Shown here: piece by piece, positions 1 to 17,155 of the stretch
Numbering within the stretch: the first letter of the stretch is position 1
Layout: every line of letters begins with the position of its first letter
Assembly: GCF_009914755.1 (NCBI RefSeq)
Contig: NC_060935.1
DNA: 64,000 nucleotides
Strand: one strand, 5' to 3'
Source: the human T2T-CHM13v2.0 reference genome, Homo sapiens
The notes under the pieces: generated by a model
The model's database searches: none
What the model was told of the DNA's origin: nothing
What the model saw: only the letters and a program-made list of their open reading frames with translations
Made by a program: the position numbers and the translations under genes

Positions 1-1055
1 TGCCATCCAAGAGCCAAGGCCTGGAATCAGGGACCCCAAAAGCCCATTTGGTGCTCTACTCCACTGTGGCCAAGCTGGTACCTGAAAACAGCACATCTCA
101 GAGTCTCACCCAAGGCCCACAGCTTACTGTCTAGCTATTACTCCTGGTTCTTCAGGGCCCAAGGGCTTTTTGGTCACAGGTGATGAATCCTGCCAGGACT
201 TGGTCCTTCCTTTTAAGGCAACACATTCCCTTCTGGCCCAGCGTGGGTCTAGATATGTCATCTGGGAGCTAGGGCCTGGAATGGGGGCCTCATGATTGCC
301 CAGTGCCCTATCCTATTGTGGCTAAGCTGGTATCCAAGATGCAAGACAAAGTCTCCCTTCTCCCAACAAGCAGAAAGAAGGAGTCTTTTTTTTTTTTTTT
401 TTTTTTTTGCTGCAGGCTGCGCTGCCTAAGGTTGGTGAAGGGGTGTCACAAGAACTTCCTTAGCCACCCCGGCTAGTGTCCCATGTCCATTGCCTCTAAG
501 GCCAGCACTAGCACTAGGACTTACCTAGGAATTGCAGTCTTCACAGCCTAGACTGTCTTTCAAGATTATTTAGAACCCCAGAGCACCTTTTCCGTGGTAG
601 AAAGTTTTGCCAAAACTCAAGTTCTAACCACTGGGATGGGCGATTCCCCTCTGACTAGGGCTGATCTAAATGCTGCCTCCATGGATGGGCATTGGCTGAG
701 TTTAGTCCAGTTTTGTTTCCCACTGTGACAGAGCAGCACTGAGTTGAATGCAAAGTACCACAATCGCTGTGCTCTCCCTCCCTCAAGAGCACAGATGCTC
801 TGTATCTCATGGCCGCTGCTGAAGGAGTGGGGAAGGGGCGGCGTCAGCAATTCAAGTCTGTCTTTCCTACCGTCTTCAATGCCTTTTTCAGCTATATGAA
901 GTTAAAACCAGGTACTGTGATTGCTTACCTGATTTTTGGTTCTTATGTAGGTGCTTTTTTGTGTGTGTAGATGGTTGTTAAATTGGTGTTCCTGCAAGGT
1001 TAGCAGGGGAACAATCGGTGAAAGCATCTATTCAGCCATCTTGCTTCACCCTCCT
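1..1055 (-). mobile_element. L1 5' UTR (L1PB/L1MA-age), continues beyond the left edge
   Basis: tctattcagccatcttgct (about 1027-1045) is the reverse complement of the L1 5' start AGCAAGATGGCTGAATAGA; internal ~255-bp repeat (ggcctggaat...ctgtggccaagctggta at 18-80 vs 273-335); T-run at 386-408. Confidence 0.75.
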
Positions 1056-1059
1056 CATG

Positions 1060-3595
<2,536 letters not shown>

Positions 3596-4213
3596 GTTTC
3601 CCTGGAGGGATAGGTCTTTGGCTATATCTACTGTACCATTTTTGCTGACATCATTTGGTTTGTTTAATGATGAAAAACATGGCTTATAAGGGATGAAGGG
3701 ACGCCTAGATGATTTTAAGCAAAAGAGAATACCATGACCAGATATATACTTAAGAAAGATCACCTTGTAGTTCTCTGGAGACTGGGATATTTCCAACCAG
3801 CCTTCTCCTAGTGCCGTAATGTTCAAATTAAGTGTCTTTCCAGATTTTTATCAAAATTTTTCATGATAATCAGACTTTAAAATTAGTTATCCAGGAAAAT
3901 CACTTTGCGAGCTTGCAGGAAGGGTGTTCCTTGAGATGGTAAATATTCTTGCTCCAGATCAGTTGCACACTTTAATTTGTGAAGTAGCAACTTAATATGT
4001 GGGCAATTTCAAGTAGCATGCCCCAGTGTGAGTAGCAGCAGTGATTTATTAATTGATTGGTTGATTTTCTCGAGTGATCTGGTAAGGCCAGCTGGTTTTA
4101 GGTGATTATGTTATCCCTTTTTTCCTTGGCAGCCAGAGGAACCACAGGAATTGCATTTTGGTGAATGAATTTTATATTCTTCCTCTATCTTCCTCCTTTT
4201 GCTGAAACACAAA

Positions 4214-4385
4214 TTGTATTTTGTTGATTTTGATATATACATTTTGGGCATTTTAATATTGATAAAAATGAGATGCATCTTATAATTAATGGGCATGTCA
4301 TATTATAATTGATAGTACTTTTCTTAGTGTTACATAAGTTAATGATGCATTTTACAATTGATGCTGTCTTAGATTTTAGGAACTC
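4214..4385. mobile_element. MER104-like Tc2/Kanga MITE
   Basis: gatgcatcttataattaatgg ... tttcttagtgttacataa ... acaattgatgctgtcttagatt matches the recalled MER104 consensus. Confidence 0.6.
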
Positions 4386-6724
4386 TTAAGTGTTTTAGCT
4401 GGTTTTATGCATTTTTGTGAAGTACTTCAAATCCTTTTTGGAATAACATGGATGTATAAATAAATATATAAATAGAAATATGTTTAGTGATTATGCTTAT
4501 GCCTCAGTTATTCTTAGCCTGGATCACTGAAAGAGCAAATTAGACATGGTTTTTCTTTCTCTTGTTTTCAATTTTGATGTAAACCTTTCCAGGACATTAG
4601 ATGGAATCAGATCTTCATGGGAGATGGCAAGTAGAAATTGAAGGACTCATTGGATAAATTATAATTAATGTAATGGCCCTAGGAATTTTCAGCCTCTCCC
4701 CTCTCTGATTATCTATCTCATCTGGCTATTGGCACTTGAGATGTTAAAGTTCAAAGCTCTATTTAGCCAGTTTTGCTGGAAGAGAAAAAGACCGATTTCT
4801 TTTCTTTGTCTGGCCAGTTTGAAACACAGGCCTGGACTGATGCCTTGTCTAAACCATTACTTGTGCACCTGCATACTGTAAAGGGAAACTCTGAAATCTT
4901 TGCTGCGTTTCACTGTGAGGCTCAGACCACAAAACATGAGGAATGTAACCAGAGTCCAGCTGCAGTGTTCCTCCACCCCCCACTTCTTTCACTGAGGACT
5001 GAAAAGTATGTTTTAAAGTGATTTTTGGAATGAAATTCATTAGTCATTGTTATTGTGCTACTTAACTGTCTGGTAGATAATAAATTCAGAATGGATTAGT
5101 GAAACAAGCCATGAGTTAGGACCTAGCTGATCAGAGCATATGGCTTTTTCAAGGCCTTAAAAGATGTCTGAAGTTTGTTTTATTCTCAGGAGGAGAAACA
5201 GGGGGTGGTATAATTGGCAGGCACTTTTGAAACTTTCTGGCCTGCTCACAACAATACTTTTATAAATCTCTAAAAGATGGTCAGCCATTTTTCTGTTGTA
5301 GAATTATTGGAACTTAGAGAAATGGTAATGCTGTTTCCTTGATTTTGTGTACTTATGTTTGTTCCTATGGAGGATCCTGACCTTACCAAAACCCCAAGAG
5401 TTGCCCTTTTTACCTGATTGATTCTGATTTCAAGACAGAATTTCTAAAGTATAAAGAAATTGTGATGTGTTCAAAATCAGATAATATTGGGCCAAGATCA
5501 TAGTCATTGCATGTGGACCTGATTCTCATTAGAGTGGAATGGTCTAACACCTTTTTTGTGACTAGGTGCATAAGGCGGTCATATATCCTATGTATAAAGA
5601 GGTTGGCCAAACAGGTCCCCAAGTCTTATGACCTGCGTTTTTTATTATTCTTGCAGCCACATAGACAGGTCAAGAGGATTATGGACCTTCCCGTTCTGCA
5701 TAGCTAGTTTGCATTTTACCAAGAGGGAAGAGACAAAGGAGTTTTCAGAGTAGCAGTGAGCAGGCTGATTCCTTATCTCTGTATTCCCTCAGCCTACCTC
5801 TTGGCTGAGCAACACTAACTTGATAAATAAATGAATGAAAATGTCTTTCTGATGGCCTCTTCTTGAAACAATTAGAATACCTTGAGCTTTATTTGTATAA
5901 GTAATAAGTTTTCTGTAGAAATAGTGAGTGGCACCCAGAATTTTATTGGTAAAAAGCTTATATTGAAAACATAAATGAAAATTCCAGAACTCTAGTTTTC
6001 AGACTGCTGTAATTCTGACTCCTCATTTCTATTATTACCTGCTTCAGGCATACTTAAACACCTGTTGACAACATCTTATATTAAGAATTACATATTCCTT
6101 CCTATAAAAATTCTCAGCTTCTGTTTGTTAATCAAGCTATTTTAGTGCAGAGAGTTCAGAAATGATTGTTGTTTTCACTAGATTAGCATCTGTTTGCTTT
6201 CATGGCATCCAATTAAATCTGATGGCCTTCTTCCAGAAATGGGGAATTTTCATATCATGCTTAGGCTTAAATGCTATGGCCTTCATTTCCAACTCTCTTC
6301 TGTGTATCCTATAAATTAGAACATTTCTTATAACCTTTCATCTTCATTTTATTGTAGGTTGTTGCTCAGATGTTGGCATTTAGAGCACTCAGTAGACCCA
6401 GACCCTAAACCTTTAAATTGGATGATAAATACATTGACTTGAGGCAGTGGAAAAGAGTGGACCAAATGCTTTGGTTCTCTATCTTCCTTGCTATGCAACT
6501 TTAAAGTATAATTAAGCAAATATTTTTCAGGGTGACTAATACTACTGAAATGAATGAAAATTGTTAGTTCTTTTGGATTTTCCACTTGATTACAGGAATT
6601 TGACCTAACTTGAAAAATCTCTGTTCATGTGAAAACTTTCCCAAATGTCTGTAGTCCAATTCTCTATAATTACCTAACAGTACACCATGGAACAGAAATC
6701 AAGGTGAAAAAAAAAAAGTCCATG

Positions 6725-6850
6725 CAGAATTGTAGACTTACTGTGTTTTAGAACCAGTCGGAATATTATTACATCATCTGATTGAACCCTTCATTTCACA
6801 AATGGAGAAACAGGTTGAAAGATGAAGTGAGGTCATACAAGTTAACTAAG
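6725..6850 (-). mobile_element. MIR fragment
   Basis: cccttcatttcacaaatggagaaacagg MIR core. Confidence 0.55.
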
Positions 6851-7254
6851 CATTCATTTTGATATGCCCCCCTGAGGAGAGGCAAGCCCAGAAGATGAAG
6901 TGCTAATTATTAAGTTTTGTACTTGTAAAGCAAACATATAGGAGATGGAAGAAGTATTTTTATCAAAATGGGTCTGCACTGGAGCCTGAAATACTCCCTT
7001 TTCCTGATTTAGGGAAAGCACTCTTGTAAAGAATGCAGAAATGTGAATCTCTGAATATTAAGCAGTTACTCTGTTACTTTCTCACTGAAAATGTTAATTA
7101 TTCAAATCACACTTATTAGTTAGTTCATTCGACATTTGTTTTTTCTCTAAAAGGTATGGTGCAAAATGCATCTCTTTTTTTCTCTCTTGCCTCCAATTTA
7201 AACTTGACAAAATTTTTGTTTTTTATTTCCAATTATTTTGGACTTTGGGGTCAT

Positions 7255-7420
7255 GTTGGCTTCTCTCTTATTGCTGAGTGACTGTGGCAATGTTCTCCTC
7301 TCTGAGTCTTGGTTCTCCTGGCATAGTACCTATGTCACTATGCCACTAGGTTGTTGTAAGGATTAAATAAGCGCAGTGCTTGGCATACAGAAAATGCTTA
7401 ACAAAATTTTGCAACTACTG
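7255..7420 (+). mobile_element. MIR fragment
   Basis: gtgactgtggcaatg..ctctctgagtcttgg; ggttgttgtaaggattaaataag; gtgcttggcatacag. Confidence 0.6.
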
Positions 7421-7675
7421 TTATGTATACGTTGAGCTTTGCAATAGGAATCCTAGGCATGTAAGTTTTTATTCTGTGTGCTAGATAGAAGATGGGCCTA
7501 ATAAAGGGCAAGGAATATTAAAAATGTAATCCAGTGGGAAAGTACTGTATTTCCTTTTGTAATAGTGTTGTGAGGTACATCATCTTTAAGTCAATGGTCT
7601 AAGTGCAGAGGACTAGTGAAGTTCCCCATAATGCAGGGATAAAAACTGGTGTAGGTCTGAAGGCTTGTCTGTTTA

Positions 7676-10129
7676 CAGGCATACCTCATTTTTTTGCATT
7701 TTACATTATTGTGCTTCATAGAGACTGCATTTTTTACAAATTGAAGGTTTGTGGTAACCTTGCATCAAGCAAGTCTGTCAGTGGTATTTTTCCAACAGCA
7801 TGTGCTCACTTTGTGTCTCTGTCACATTTTATTAACTTTCACAATATTTCAAGCTTTTCATTATTATTATATCTATTGTGGTGACCTATAATCAATGATC
7901 TTTCATGTTATTGTTGTAATTATTTTGGGACAATACAAACCACACCAATATAAGATGGCAGACTTAATCAATGTTGTGTGTGTTCTGACTGCTCCACTGA
8001 CCAGCTCTTCCCCCATCTCTCTCCCTCTCCTCAAACCTCCATAGTCCCTGAGACACAACATTATTGAAACTAGACCAATTAATATAGCCCTATAATGGCC
8101 TCTAAGTGTTCAAGTGAAAGGAAGAGTTCCAATATCTCATTTTAAATTAAAAGCTAGGAATGATTGAGCTTAATGAGGAAAGAATGTGAAAAGCTGAGAT
8201 GGGCTGAAAGCTAGGCCTCTTGTGTGAAAGAGCCAAGTTGTAAATTCAAAGGAAAAGTCCTTGAAAGAAATTAAAAGTGCTACTCCAGTGAACATACAAA
8301 TGATAAGAAAGTGAAAAGACTTATTGCTGATATGGATAGAGTTTTAGTGGTCTGGATAAAAAAGTCAAACCAGCCGCAACATTCCCATAAGCCAAAGCCT
8401 AATCCAGAGCAACGACCTAACTTTCTTCAGTTACTTGAAATCTGAGAGAAATGAGGAAGCTGCAGGAGAAAAGTTGGAAGCTACAGAGGTTGGTTAATGA
8501 GGTTTAAGGAAAGAAGCCATCCCTAGAACACAGAAGTACAAGGTGAAGCAGGAAGTGCTGATAGAGAAGCTGCAGCAAGTTATCCAGAAGATCTAGCTAA
8601 GAGTATTGATGCAGGTGGCTACACTAAACAACAGATTTTCAAGGTAGACAAAAATAGCCTTCTGTTGGAAGAAAATGCCATCTAGGACTTCGATAGCTGG
8701 AAAGGAGAAGTCAATGCCTGACTGCAAAGATTCAAAGGAAAAGCTGACTCTTTTATTAGGGGCTAATACAGCTGCTAACTTTAAGCTAATGCTCAGTGAC
8801 CATTCTGAAAATCCTGGGGCCCTTAAGAATGATGCTAACTATACTCTGTGTTCTATAAATGTAACATCAAATCCTATATGACAGCACATCTGTTTACAAC
8901 ATGGTTTATTGAATATTTTAAGGCCCCTGTTGAGACCTACGGCTCAGAAAAAAATATTCCTTTCAAAATATTACTGTTCATTGAAAACACACCTGGTTAC
9001 CCACAAGTGCTGAATGGAAGTTGTCTTCATGCCTGCTAACATAGTATCCATTCCGCAACCCATGGATGACTTTTAAGTCTTCTTATTTAAGAAACACATT
9101 TCATCACATTTCATAAGACTGTAGCTGCCATACATAGTGATTCCTCTGATGGATCTGGGCAAAATCAATGGAAAACTTTCTGGACAGTATTCACCATTCT
9201 AAATGCGATTCAGAATATTCATGATTCATGGGAGGAGATAAAAATATCAGCATTAACAGAAGTTTGGAAGAAGTTGATTCCAACCCTCATGGATGATTTT
9301 GAAGGGTTCAAGACTTCAGTGGAAGAAATAACTATTTCATGATAAAAGTTTAACAATGAGGAGTTGCATCTTATGGATGAGCAAAGAAAGTGGTTCCTTG
9401 AGATGGAACCTAATTCTAGTGAAGATGATGTAAAAAAAGGATTTAGAATGTTACATAAACTTAGTTGACAAGGAAGTGGCAGGGTTTGAGAGGAAGGATT
9501 GACTCCAATTGTAAAAGAAGTTCTACTGTGGGTAAATGCTATCAAACAGCATTGCATGCTACATGAAAGGCAAAGTCAATTGATGCCAAAAACTTCATTG
9601 TCTTATTTTAAGAAATTGTCACAGCCACTCCAACCTTCAGCAACCACCACCCTGATTAGTCAATAGCTATTGCCAAGTAGGCAAGACCCTCCACCAGCAA
9701 AAACATTATGACTCTCTGAAGGCTCAGATGATCATTAGCATTTTTTAGCAATAATATGTTTTTAAACTAAGATACGTACGTTGTTTTAAACTATATATTT
9801 TGTATTTTCTTTAATTTTTTCCATGAACACATGTTCAAAGATATTTTTAAAACATAATGCTATTTTCATATATACTGGGAAACAAAAAAAAAACTGTATG
9901 AGTCACTCTTTATTGAGATACTCACTTTATTTATTTTTATTTTTATTTGTAGAGAAAGGGTGCCGCTATGTTGACCAGGCTGATCTCAAACTCCTGGCAT
10001 CAAGCGATACTTCTCTCTCACCCTCCCAAAATGCTGGGATTACAGCTGTGAGCCACAACACCCGGCCAAGATACTAACTTTTCTGCAGTGGTTTGGGACC
10101 AAACCCACAATATATCCAGTGTATGTCTG
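7676..10129 (+). mobile_element. Near full-length Tigger1 (pogo-like) DNA transposon with decayed transposase
   Basis: TA|CAGGCATACCTC left end, GTATGTCTG|TA right end; transposase fragments in ORFs 8675-8881 ([19 protein letters not shown]) and 8848-9039 (MTAHLFTTWFIEYFK..IPFKILL). Confidence 0.93.
9929..10067 (-). mobile_element. Free left Alu monomer (FLAM-type) inside Tigger1
   Basis: Single Alu arm with T-rich tail; TSD agatactcacttt (9916-28) / agatactaacttt (10069-81). Confidence 0.85.
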
Positions 10130-10329
10130 TACTTCAAATAGGCCGAGAGTTAACTGTCTACAGTCTGCTAAGTAGTCACGTAAGCATGTGTGCCTTGGAA
10201 GATACGGGTTAGTGAATGCTGAAGCCCTTATTCTTACAAGGAATGCAGAGCATTTTCAAACTAAATAGTTCTCACCCTGGCCCACTATTTACTTTTTTAG
10301 TCATATCCCCAGGTTCCTTCCCAGTTCGT

Positions 10330-10782
10330 AACCTATGCTTCAGTCAGACTGAACAATTGGTTGTTTTCCAAACACATCACAGTATTTCCTACCTTGATAC
10401 TCATTGTCCATGCTATTCTATTTGTCTGGAATGCCCTCCCTAGCCATCTCTAGCATCAAAACTGTGCTTGTACATGAAGCCCTCCCTTATTATCAAAACT
10501 TTCATCGTAAGCTCTTTCTTGATTTCCCATAGTTTGGTAAACTGTAATTCTTTTGGATTCCTGTGAACTATTCTCTCTATATAGTATCACAGAAATGAAG
10601 TTCTTTATATGTACTTTAATTTAATAACAGCCCAACTCAATGATGCAGGTAGTGTATTTGAGTTATTTATCCTTGTCTGAAATATTTTCAGGGTAGAAAC
10701 TGCATCTTACTTGGTGTCAGACTTCCCTGACTTGCAGAGAGGCTTGTATTTTGTAGACACTCAATAAATATTTCTTGAATTA
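10330..10782 (+). mobile_element. L2 3' fragment
   Basis: catgctattctatttgtctggaatgccctccc ... tagacactcaataaatatttcttgaat L2 terminus. Confidence 0.6.
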
Positions 10783-13329
10783 GGAGAGTAAAAGGAACAT
10801 TCAGTTTTTGCAAATTCTATTAGGTAATCTGACACTCTACTCTGTGACCCATTGTTTTAACTCTGGATGCTCTGGCCAGGACAATCATTATTTCATAGAG
10901 TCCCTTGGGACTGTGGCAAGCTATTAACTTCTGTGCTGTTGTAATCCAAGGCACAGGCATCAGCACTGATGGGGTTATGTTCAGGGGTGTGAGCAAAGAA
11001 CATGTTTTAAAATAAGGAATCCCCATGGAAATTCAGGCAGTAAAGATCAACAAAATAAAAATGCAGAAGGTGGCTGCTGGGTGAGACAGGAAATGAACAC
11101 CTTGTGAAGATTAGGCATTCCGCTGAGAGAGGAGAAATGTGGAAAATGAGTCAAGAGAAATTGTGCAGCTATTTCATCACTGACACTTGGAGGTATATTG
11201 TTGTGTGTGTTGTTTTTAATGAAGTGTGCTTTTATAGTGCTGATGTTATTATCTGGATGAGGAAGTCTTCTCTAGTATTACTGTCATCTCAGCTTTCTGT
11301 AACCAACTAAATTAAAATACAGTAATGTAATGGGACAGTGGGATAAGAAAGAAAACCAGATGACTCTGACATGTGACCCCAACCTGAACTTACTGCTTTT
11401 CTAGTTTTCGGTATACTCAAATAAAAATAGAGTCCAGTGTAATGCTTGCAGGGGCTGGGGGGACTGGACAGAGGAATAATATATTTAGTTAATAGTGGGG
11501 TATGTCCCACATTCAATACTGTTACATTATTAATATATGTGAAATCAGTGTTTCTCAACAGGACTCCCAACACATCAGTGAGCGTGCCAGTAGTTCATGG
11601 ACTATTTGCAGTCCATTATTATTTATCATAGGACAGCATAGATGCTTTGTGTTCTGATATGAAGTAATCATTGAATTTAATAAAGCTTTATTTTATTGGT
11701 GTTGCATGAAAGTAGCTCTGTTCTTTTCTTTAATTCTTGTATGTTTGAATTTTTTGGTAAGCAAAGAATGGGAGAATGAGGGTAATTATATCAAGCCAGA
11801 GAGTTTGCAGTAGGTAATTTGGGGGAATATTTTGGTTTCCTGACAAAAATGAATGGAAGGAAAGAGTAAAAATTATTTTTAGGTAGATGTGAAATTATTT
11901 TAACTTCCAAAAGCATCTCATAATAGTTCTCTAGACAGTTTTCTAAGGATAATAACATTTATGTCCTGGGTAATGGTATCATTATAAAACAAATTTATGT
12001 CACTCTTTAATCCAGATAGTTTTAACTACCATATTTTTATACCTCTCTTTTGGATGATTTACAATTATTAAGGATGATCACCAAAAGTAGTTTCTGAATC
12101 AGATTAAATGATCAATTAGTTTTTAATAGTTGCTTTTCTTCTCTAATTCATTGAAAATGAAAAACTGATATAACATTTAATTCATATATAGTTAAATCAT
12201 AAGAGAGTTCAGTTGTAAGAGGGGACATCGCAAGAAAGCCAACCATGTTTATTGAGCACTAGGACATACTAGTCACTGCACAAGATGCTAGAATTAGGTA
12301 AAGTTACCTGGCTCTGAACTGGCATCAGGATGCACAGCAAGTCAGCAGAGTCATTCTCCACATAATAAGACCCATGCTAGAGATCAGCACAGGGTTGGGT
12401 TGCAGGTAGTCAGCAGAGGCATGCTTGATGAGATGGCCCCTAAGCATCTGAGCTGCTGAGTATGGAATAGGATTAGGAGCTGTCCAAGTGACCCAGATGT
12501 AATGAAACACGTACACTGGCACAAAGCAGATAATACACCTTTCCATGGACCAAAGCCTCCACTTTCTCACCTTGCCTCATAAGTGAATTCACTTTACACT
12601 GCTGAACAGTTAACATTGAGACATGTATAAGAGAAGAGTATTAATATTTAGTCTAAGTATAAATTAAACTTACCTTCAAAGATGATTAGCTTTAAGTGGT
12701 TAATATTAAAATACATTTGTTCAAAGGATAGAAACCTATCTATAAAGTATTTTTGATCACGGATTGGTTGTAATAAATATATGACTAATTTGATTTAAAC
12801 AGAGTTTCTTCCACATGTAACTATCTAACAGAGATAAGCCATGTTGGCTTTTAAATAATAAAACTTGTATATTCTAAATTAGGAAAGGAAAAATCATGGC
12901 TTTCCTGTTTCACTCTTCTGAAAGAACTTTGGCATCAGATACACCTTGAACCAGTTTATTCCACCTCTCTAGCCTCAGAATACTCTTTTGGAAAGCAAAA
13001 ATAATGGCTTCACAGAAAGGTGGAGAAGAATAGAGAGAATTTATATAAAATGACCTTTGCATATAATAGTCACTCAGTAAATATTTGTATACTGATAAAT
13101 GAACCTAGTAGTCACGATATTAATTTTTCCCTTCTAGTTGAATTTATCTTATATTATTCCAGTAGAAATGAGACTCATAAGTTTTTAGAATTTGAAAAAT
13201 CCTTGGCTTTGAATTTAGAAAGGATTTCTTAACTAAATCACAGAAACAAGACCATATTATGAGAAATGGTCTATAAGTTTGATTTAAGAAAAAAAAACCT
13301 TGTCTATAATTCATAGCTTTTAGATTAAC

Positions 13330-13770
13330 TAAATGTCAGGATCCAGAATATATATTTTTAAAACCTTTATTTATAAACAAGTAAAGGAGCAATCAACCTA
13401 ATAAAAATATGGACATAATATATGAAGAAGCTGTTACAGAAGAACAAACCCTAGATGTTTAATAACATAAGAAAAATACTCAGCCTCACTAATAATCAGG
13501 AAATGCATGTTAAAACCAGAAGGAGATGCCATTTTATATCCATCAAACTGGCAAAAATTAGAATGTCTATTTAGTACCAGATTTAGTGAGCACATAGAGG
13601 AAGAGAAACTCTCATCCTTTGCTTGTGAGAGTTTCAGTTCATTTGTTTCAGAAAGCAGTTTAACAATACAGTTAAATCTGCAGGAACCCCACTCAACCTA
13701 AGAACCTCAATCCTGGTTATATACTAGTCTGTTGAGTAGCTGTTACATATATGCATCCTACAAATATTTA
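13330..13770 (+). mobile_element. L1ME-type ORF2 3' fragment
   Basis: ctcagcctcactaataatcaggaaatgcatgttaaaacc ... gatgccattttatatccatcaaactggcaaaaatta. Confidence 0.65.
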
Positions 13771-13944
13771 TTATGTCTGTATTATATAGATATTTAAACC
13801 TTATATCTTAGTTACCATTATTGTGTTTTGGAATTATTCATAATTATATAGCTAATATTTAATTGTTTTAAGAGCCTGTGTCCTCTTGTACTATCCCTTT
13901 CAGAGCCATTATTTCTGTGCAACATTATTTTCTGTCTATTTCTA

Positions 13945-14234
13945 TTTTTTTGAAACAAGGTCTCACTCTGTCACTCAGGCTGGAATGCAGTAGTGTAGTC
14001 ATAGCAGCTTTGACCTCCTGGTCTCAAGCACATCTCCCACCTCAGCCTCCCGAATACCTGGGATTATAGTCTTATGCCAGCATGCCCAGCTATTTTTTCT
14101 AATTGTATTTTTTTGTAGAGATGAGTTCTCCCTGTGTTGCCCGGGCTGGTCCTGAACTCCTGGGCTAAAGTGATTATCCCGCCTTGGCCTCCCAAAGTGC
14201 TGGGATTACAGTCGTGAGCTACCCGCACCTGGCC
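13945..14234 (-). mobile_element. AluJ-type SINE
   Basis: Antisense dimeric Alu ending cctggcc. Confidence 0.9.
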
Positions 14235-16001
14235 CATTATTTTATTTAACGTTTTTTTAAAGGCTACTTTTTAAAAGTCTAGGATATATGTTTCTCTGTA
14301 CCTAGCTTCTTTCTTTTTATTAACATAAGGTCAATGTGGGTGGTTACTTTTTTCTTATAATTCATGTCATTTTCATACACCAGTTCTGGCTTCTTGATTG
14401 GTTTTAATTTTATAGTAGCAGTTTGCCATATTTCCTTTTGAGCAAAGACTGGTGTTAATAATGCCTAGAATTTTGAGTGCTATTCATTTATATTATTGGA
14501 AACCTTTAAAAAGACTTACAAAAGCATTAATTCTTCCCATGATGCTCATTAGTTACTCCCATTAATATAAATGATGGCTCCCAGGTTCATGATGTGGAGA
14601 GTCTAGTGATGAAATACTAGAAGTATTAACTGTAGCTAGTTATGGGAATTTACTGTTGTAAATTAATTAAACACACCAATAAGCAACGGAAACTTTTTAT
14701 TATTTTAATTTGTATAAATATAAGGTTGGTAAGCTAATGAGAAGTGGCAGGTCTCTTGGAGTTGATTGACACCTATACTTAAACTCTTTTAAATGTGTAG
14801 ATGACGAATTTATTGAGACAACTTCTGTTGTAAGATGTTCCATACAGCGAATATTTATTTTTGAGTGTGTAGTACACAATTTTGTCATTTCCAGCTTTAA
14901 AAACTTAGTTACTAGGAGAAAAACTTTTTAGAAGCCACCTCCTAATATTGAATTTGCTGAGTCATGTTCTGTGTGAGAGATATAAGAATTTTGTATTATA
15001 TTCTGGTTTCTGTATTGGTGGTTTCTGTATAAATCACAAAATGGGAGGTTCATAGTTGCTTAGAAGGAATTTGGTAAATAGCATGTTATTTCACTCAGCA
15101 ATTTCTATGAGAAAATGATAGATAGTATTCCTTTCTAAGATGATGCAGTTTGGTTTAAAGAAATTTCCTTTTCTATTTTTGTATTATTTTAATTGGAAAC
15201 TGCCCTGTTTTGTAGTATGCAATTTGGAATAGACACTTAACTCAGTTTTGTATTATTAAATACTAATTCAAAATCAAGAGTCACAGTCTCAGAATGATAA
15301 ATATACAAATGAACCTGTTCACCTATTCATGCATTCATTAAATGTTTAATTAGTACATAGTATGTGACAGGTATTGTTCTATTGATAGGTCTTTGTGATT
15401 TAGTAAAGAACAGTAACAACAATTAAAAATGTTCTGTCTTTAAAAGAAATGGACAGTTTAAAGTAAATTCTGTAAATACTGCTGAATATCTACCATATGA
15501 ATATACTTCATGCCATATATTTTTATGAAACAGACTAAGAAAGTGAGCATACTATCAGCTTATTATCTAGTTTCAGAGATAACAAAAATCGCCTTGTTTC
15601 ATGCCTTTTATTTAATAACACTCCTTTCTTTACCTGGCATGCCCTTGTCTCATGAGTAAATACATTGCAAGATTCATTAGGTATCCCTAGGGGTAGAAAG
15701 AAGTACAATCTGATTTTAAGCAAAAATAAGGTTGGTTCATAGGTGGTTTGGGACCTGTCTCAAGTGTCAATTTGTCATTAAGAGTAAAGGCTCGATAATT
15801 GACTGGAAAGAGCTTTTTAAAGTTTCAGGATCAACTTAAAATTTACTTTGCTCAGAATATCTATTTAATGTTTAGTTCTCACTCCTGCAAAAATATACTA
15901 AATCAGGATCTAGTTGTTTGACAAAACTGAAGCAAAGGAACAGTGAGTAGTGTTTATCCTCTCAACTAGCCAATGAAATGAAAGGTTAAAACGTTAAATT
16001 A

Positions 16002-16288
16002 GGCTGGGCACGGCAGCTCATGCCTGTAATCTGAACACTTTGGGAGGCCAAGGCTGGAGGATCACTTGAGCCCAGGAGTTTGAGACTTCAGCCTAGGCAA
16101 CATACTGAAACCCCATCCCTAAAAAAATAGAAAGATTAACCAAGTGTGATGGCACCCAGCTACTGAGGAGGCTGAAGTGGGAGGATCACTTGAGCCCAGG
16201 AGGTCAAGGCTGCAGTGAGCCATGATCCTGCCACTACCCGACTTCAACTTGTGCAATAGAGTGAGACCCTGTCTCAAAAAAAAAGAAA
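16002..16288 (+). mobile_element. AluJ-type SINE
   Basis: Dimeric Alu, A tail, flanking ttaaatta. Confidence 0.9.
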
Positions 16289-17155
16289 ATTAAATTAGAA
16301 ATACCATGCATGATTCATTGTCATGAGTTTCAAATGTGGATGTGCATAAAAGAAGTTATGGGACATGGAAAATGATTGAGAGGTGTCAACATATATCTAA
16401 GGGGAATTCTAGGAATAAAGATTAGAAGACATGGCAAGAAAGAAATATTCAAAACATGGTGGCTGAGTTAAAAAAAAAAACACAGACAATATTAAGAACA
16501 AAAAAAGGAGACACATGTGCCACACAGATTGAAAACTCATAAGAACATACTGTGAACAGTTTTTAAAAGGTAGGTGGAATAGTCTTTTTTAGAAAAAAAT
16601 ATAAAATAACAAAATTGATCCAAAAAGAAATGGGAAAACTGAATAGGAGCTGCTTCCAGAGTATAGTAGCATAGATATCTTGACCAACACTGAAACTGCT
16701 TGAGAAAAACAAATTCTTTAATTATATTTATTAGTTCACAAGAAAATAAAGAATACTTAGGTCAAAAACTGAGTAAAGGCAAGAACCTAAAGAAATAAGG
16801 TGAACACTGAAGCCAGCTTTTTCCTTGAAGGCATTTAATAAACTGAATAAGTGTGAATTTGATAAAACAACCTGAACAGGACAATAGAAGAAAACAAAAG
16901 TTATAGACAAATATCTTTCATACTAAGTTGCCACTTTTGTATGAAAGACATACAAAACAAAACATATGCAAGCTGAATCTGGCAATTCAGGAATGAGTCA
17001 ATGGCTCAGCATTTAAAAAGCTTTCCACATAACTCACCCATTAACAGATTAAGAAAAATATCATATCATTTCAATAGATACAAAAAAAGCATTCAATAAA
17101 ATTAGATACTTATTTAGAAAGGCAATATACGTTTTGATTAGGAACATACATTCTC

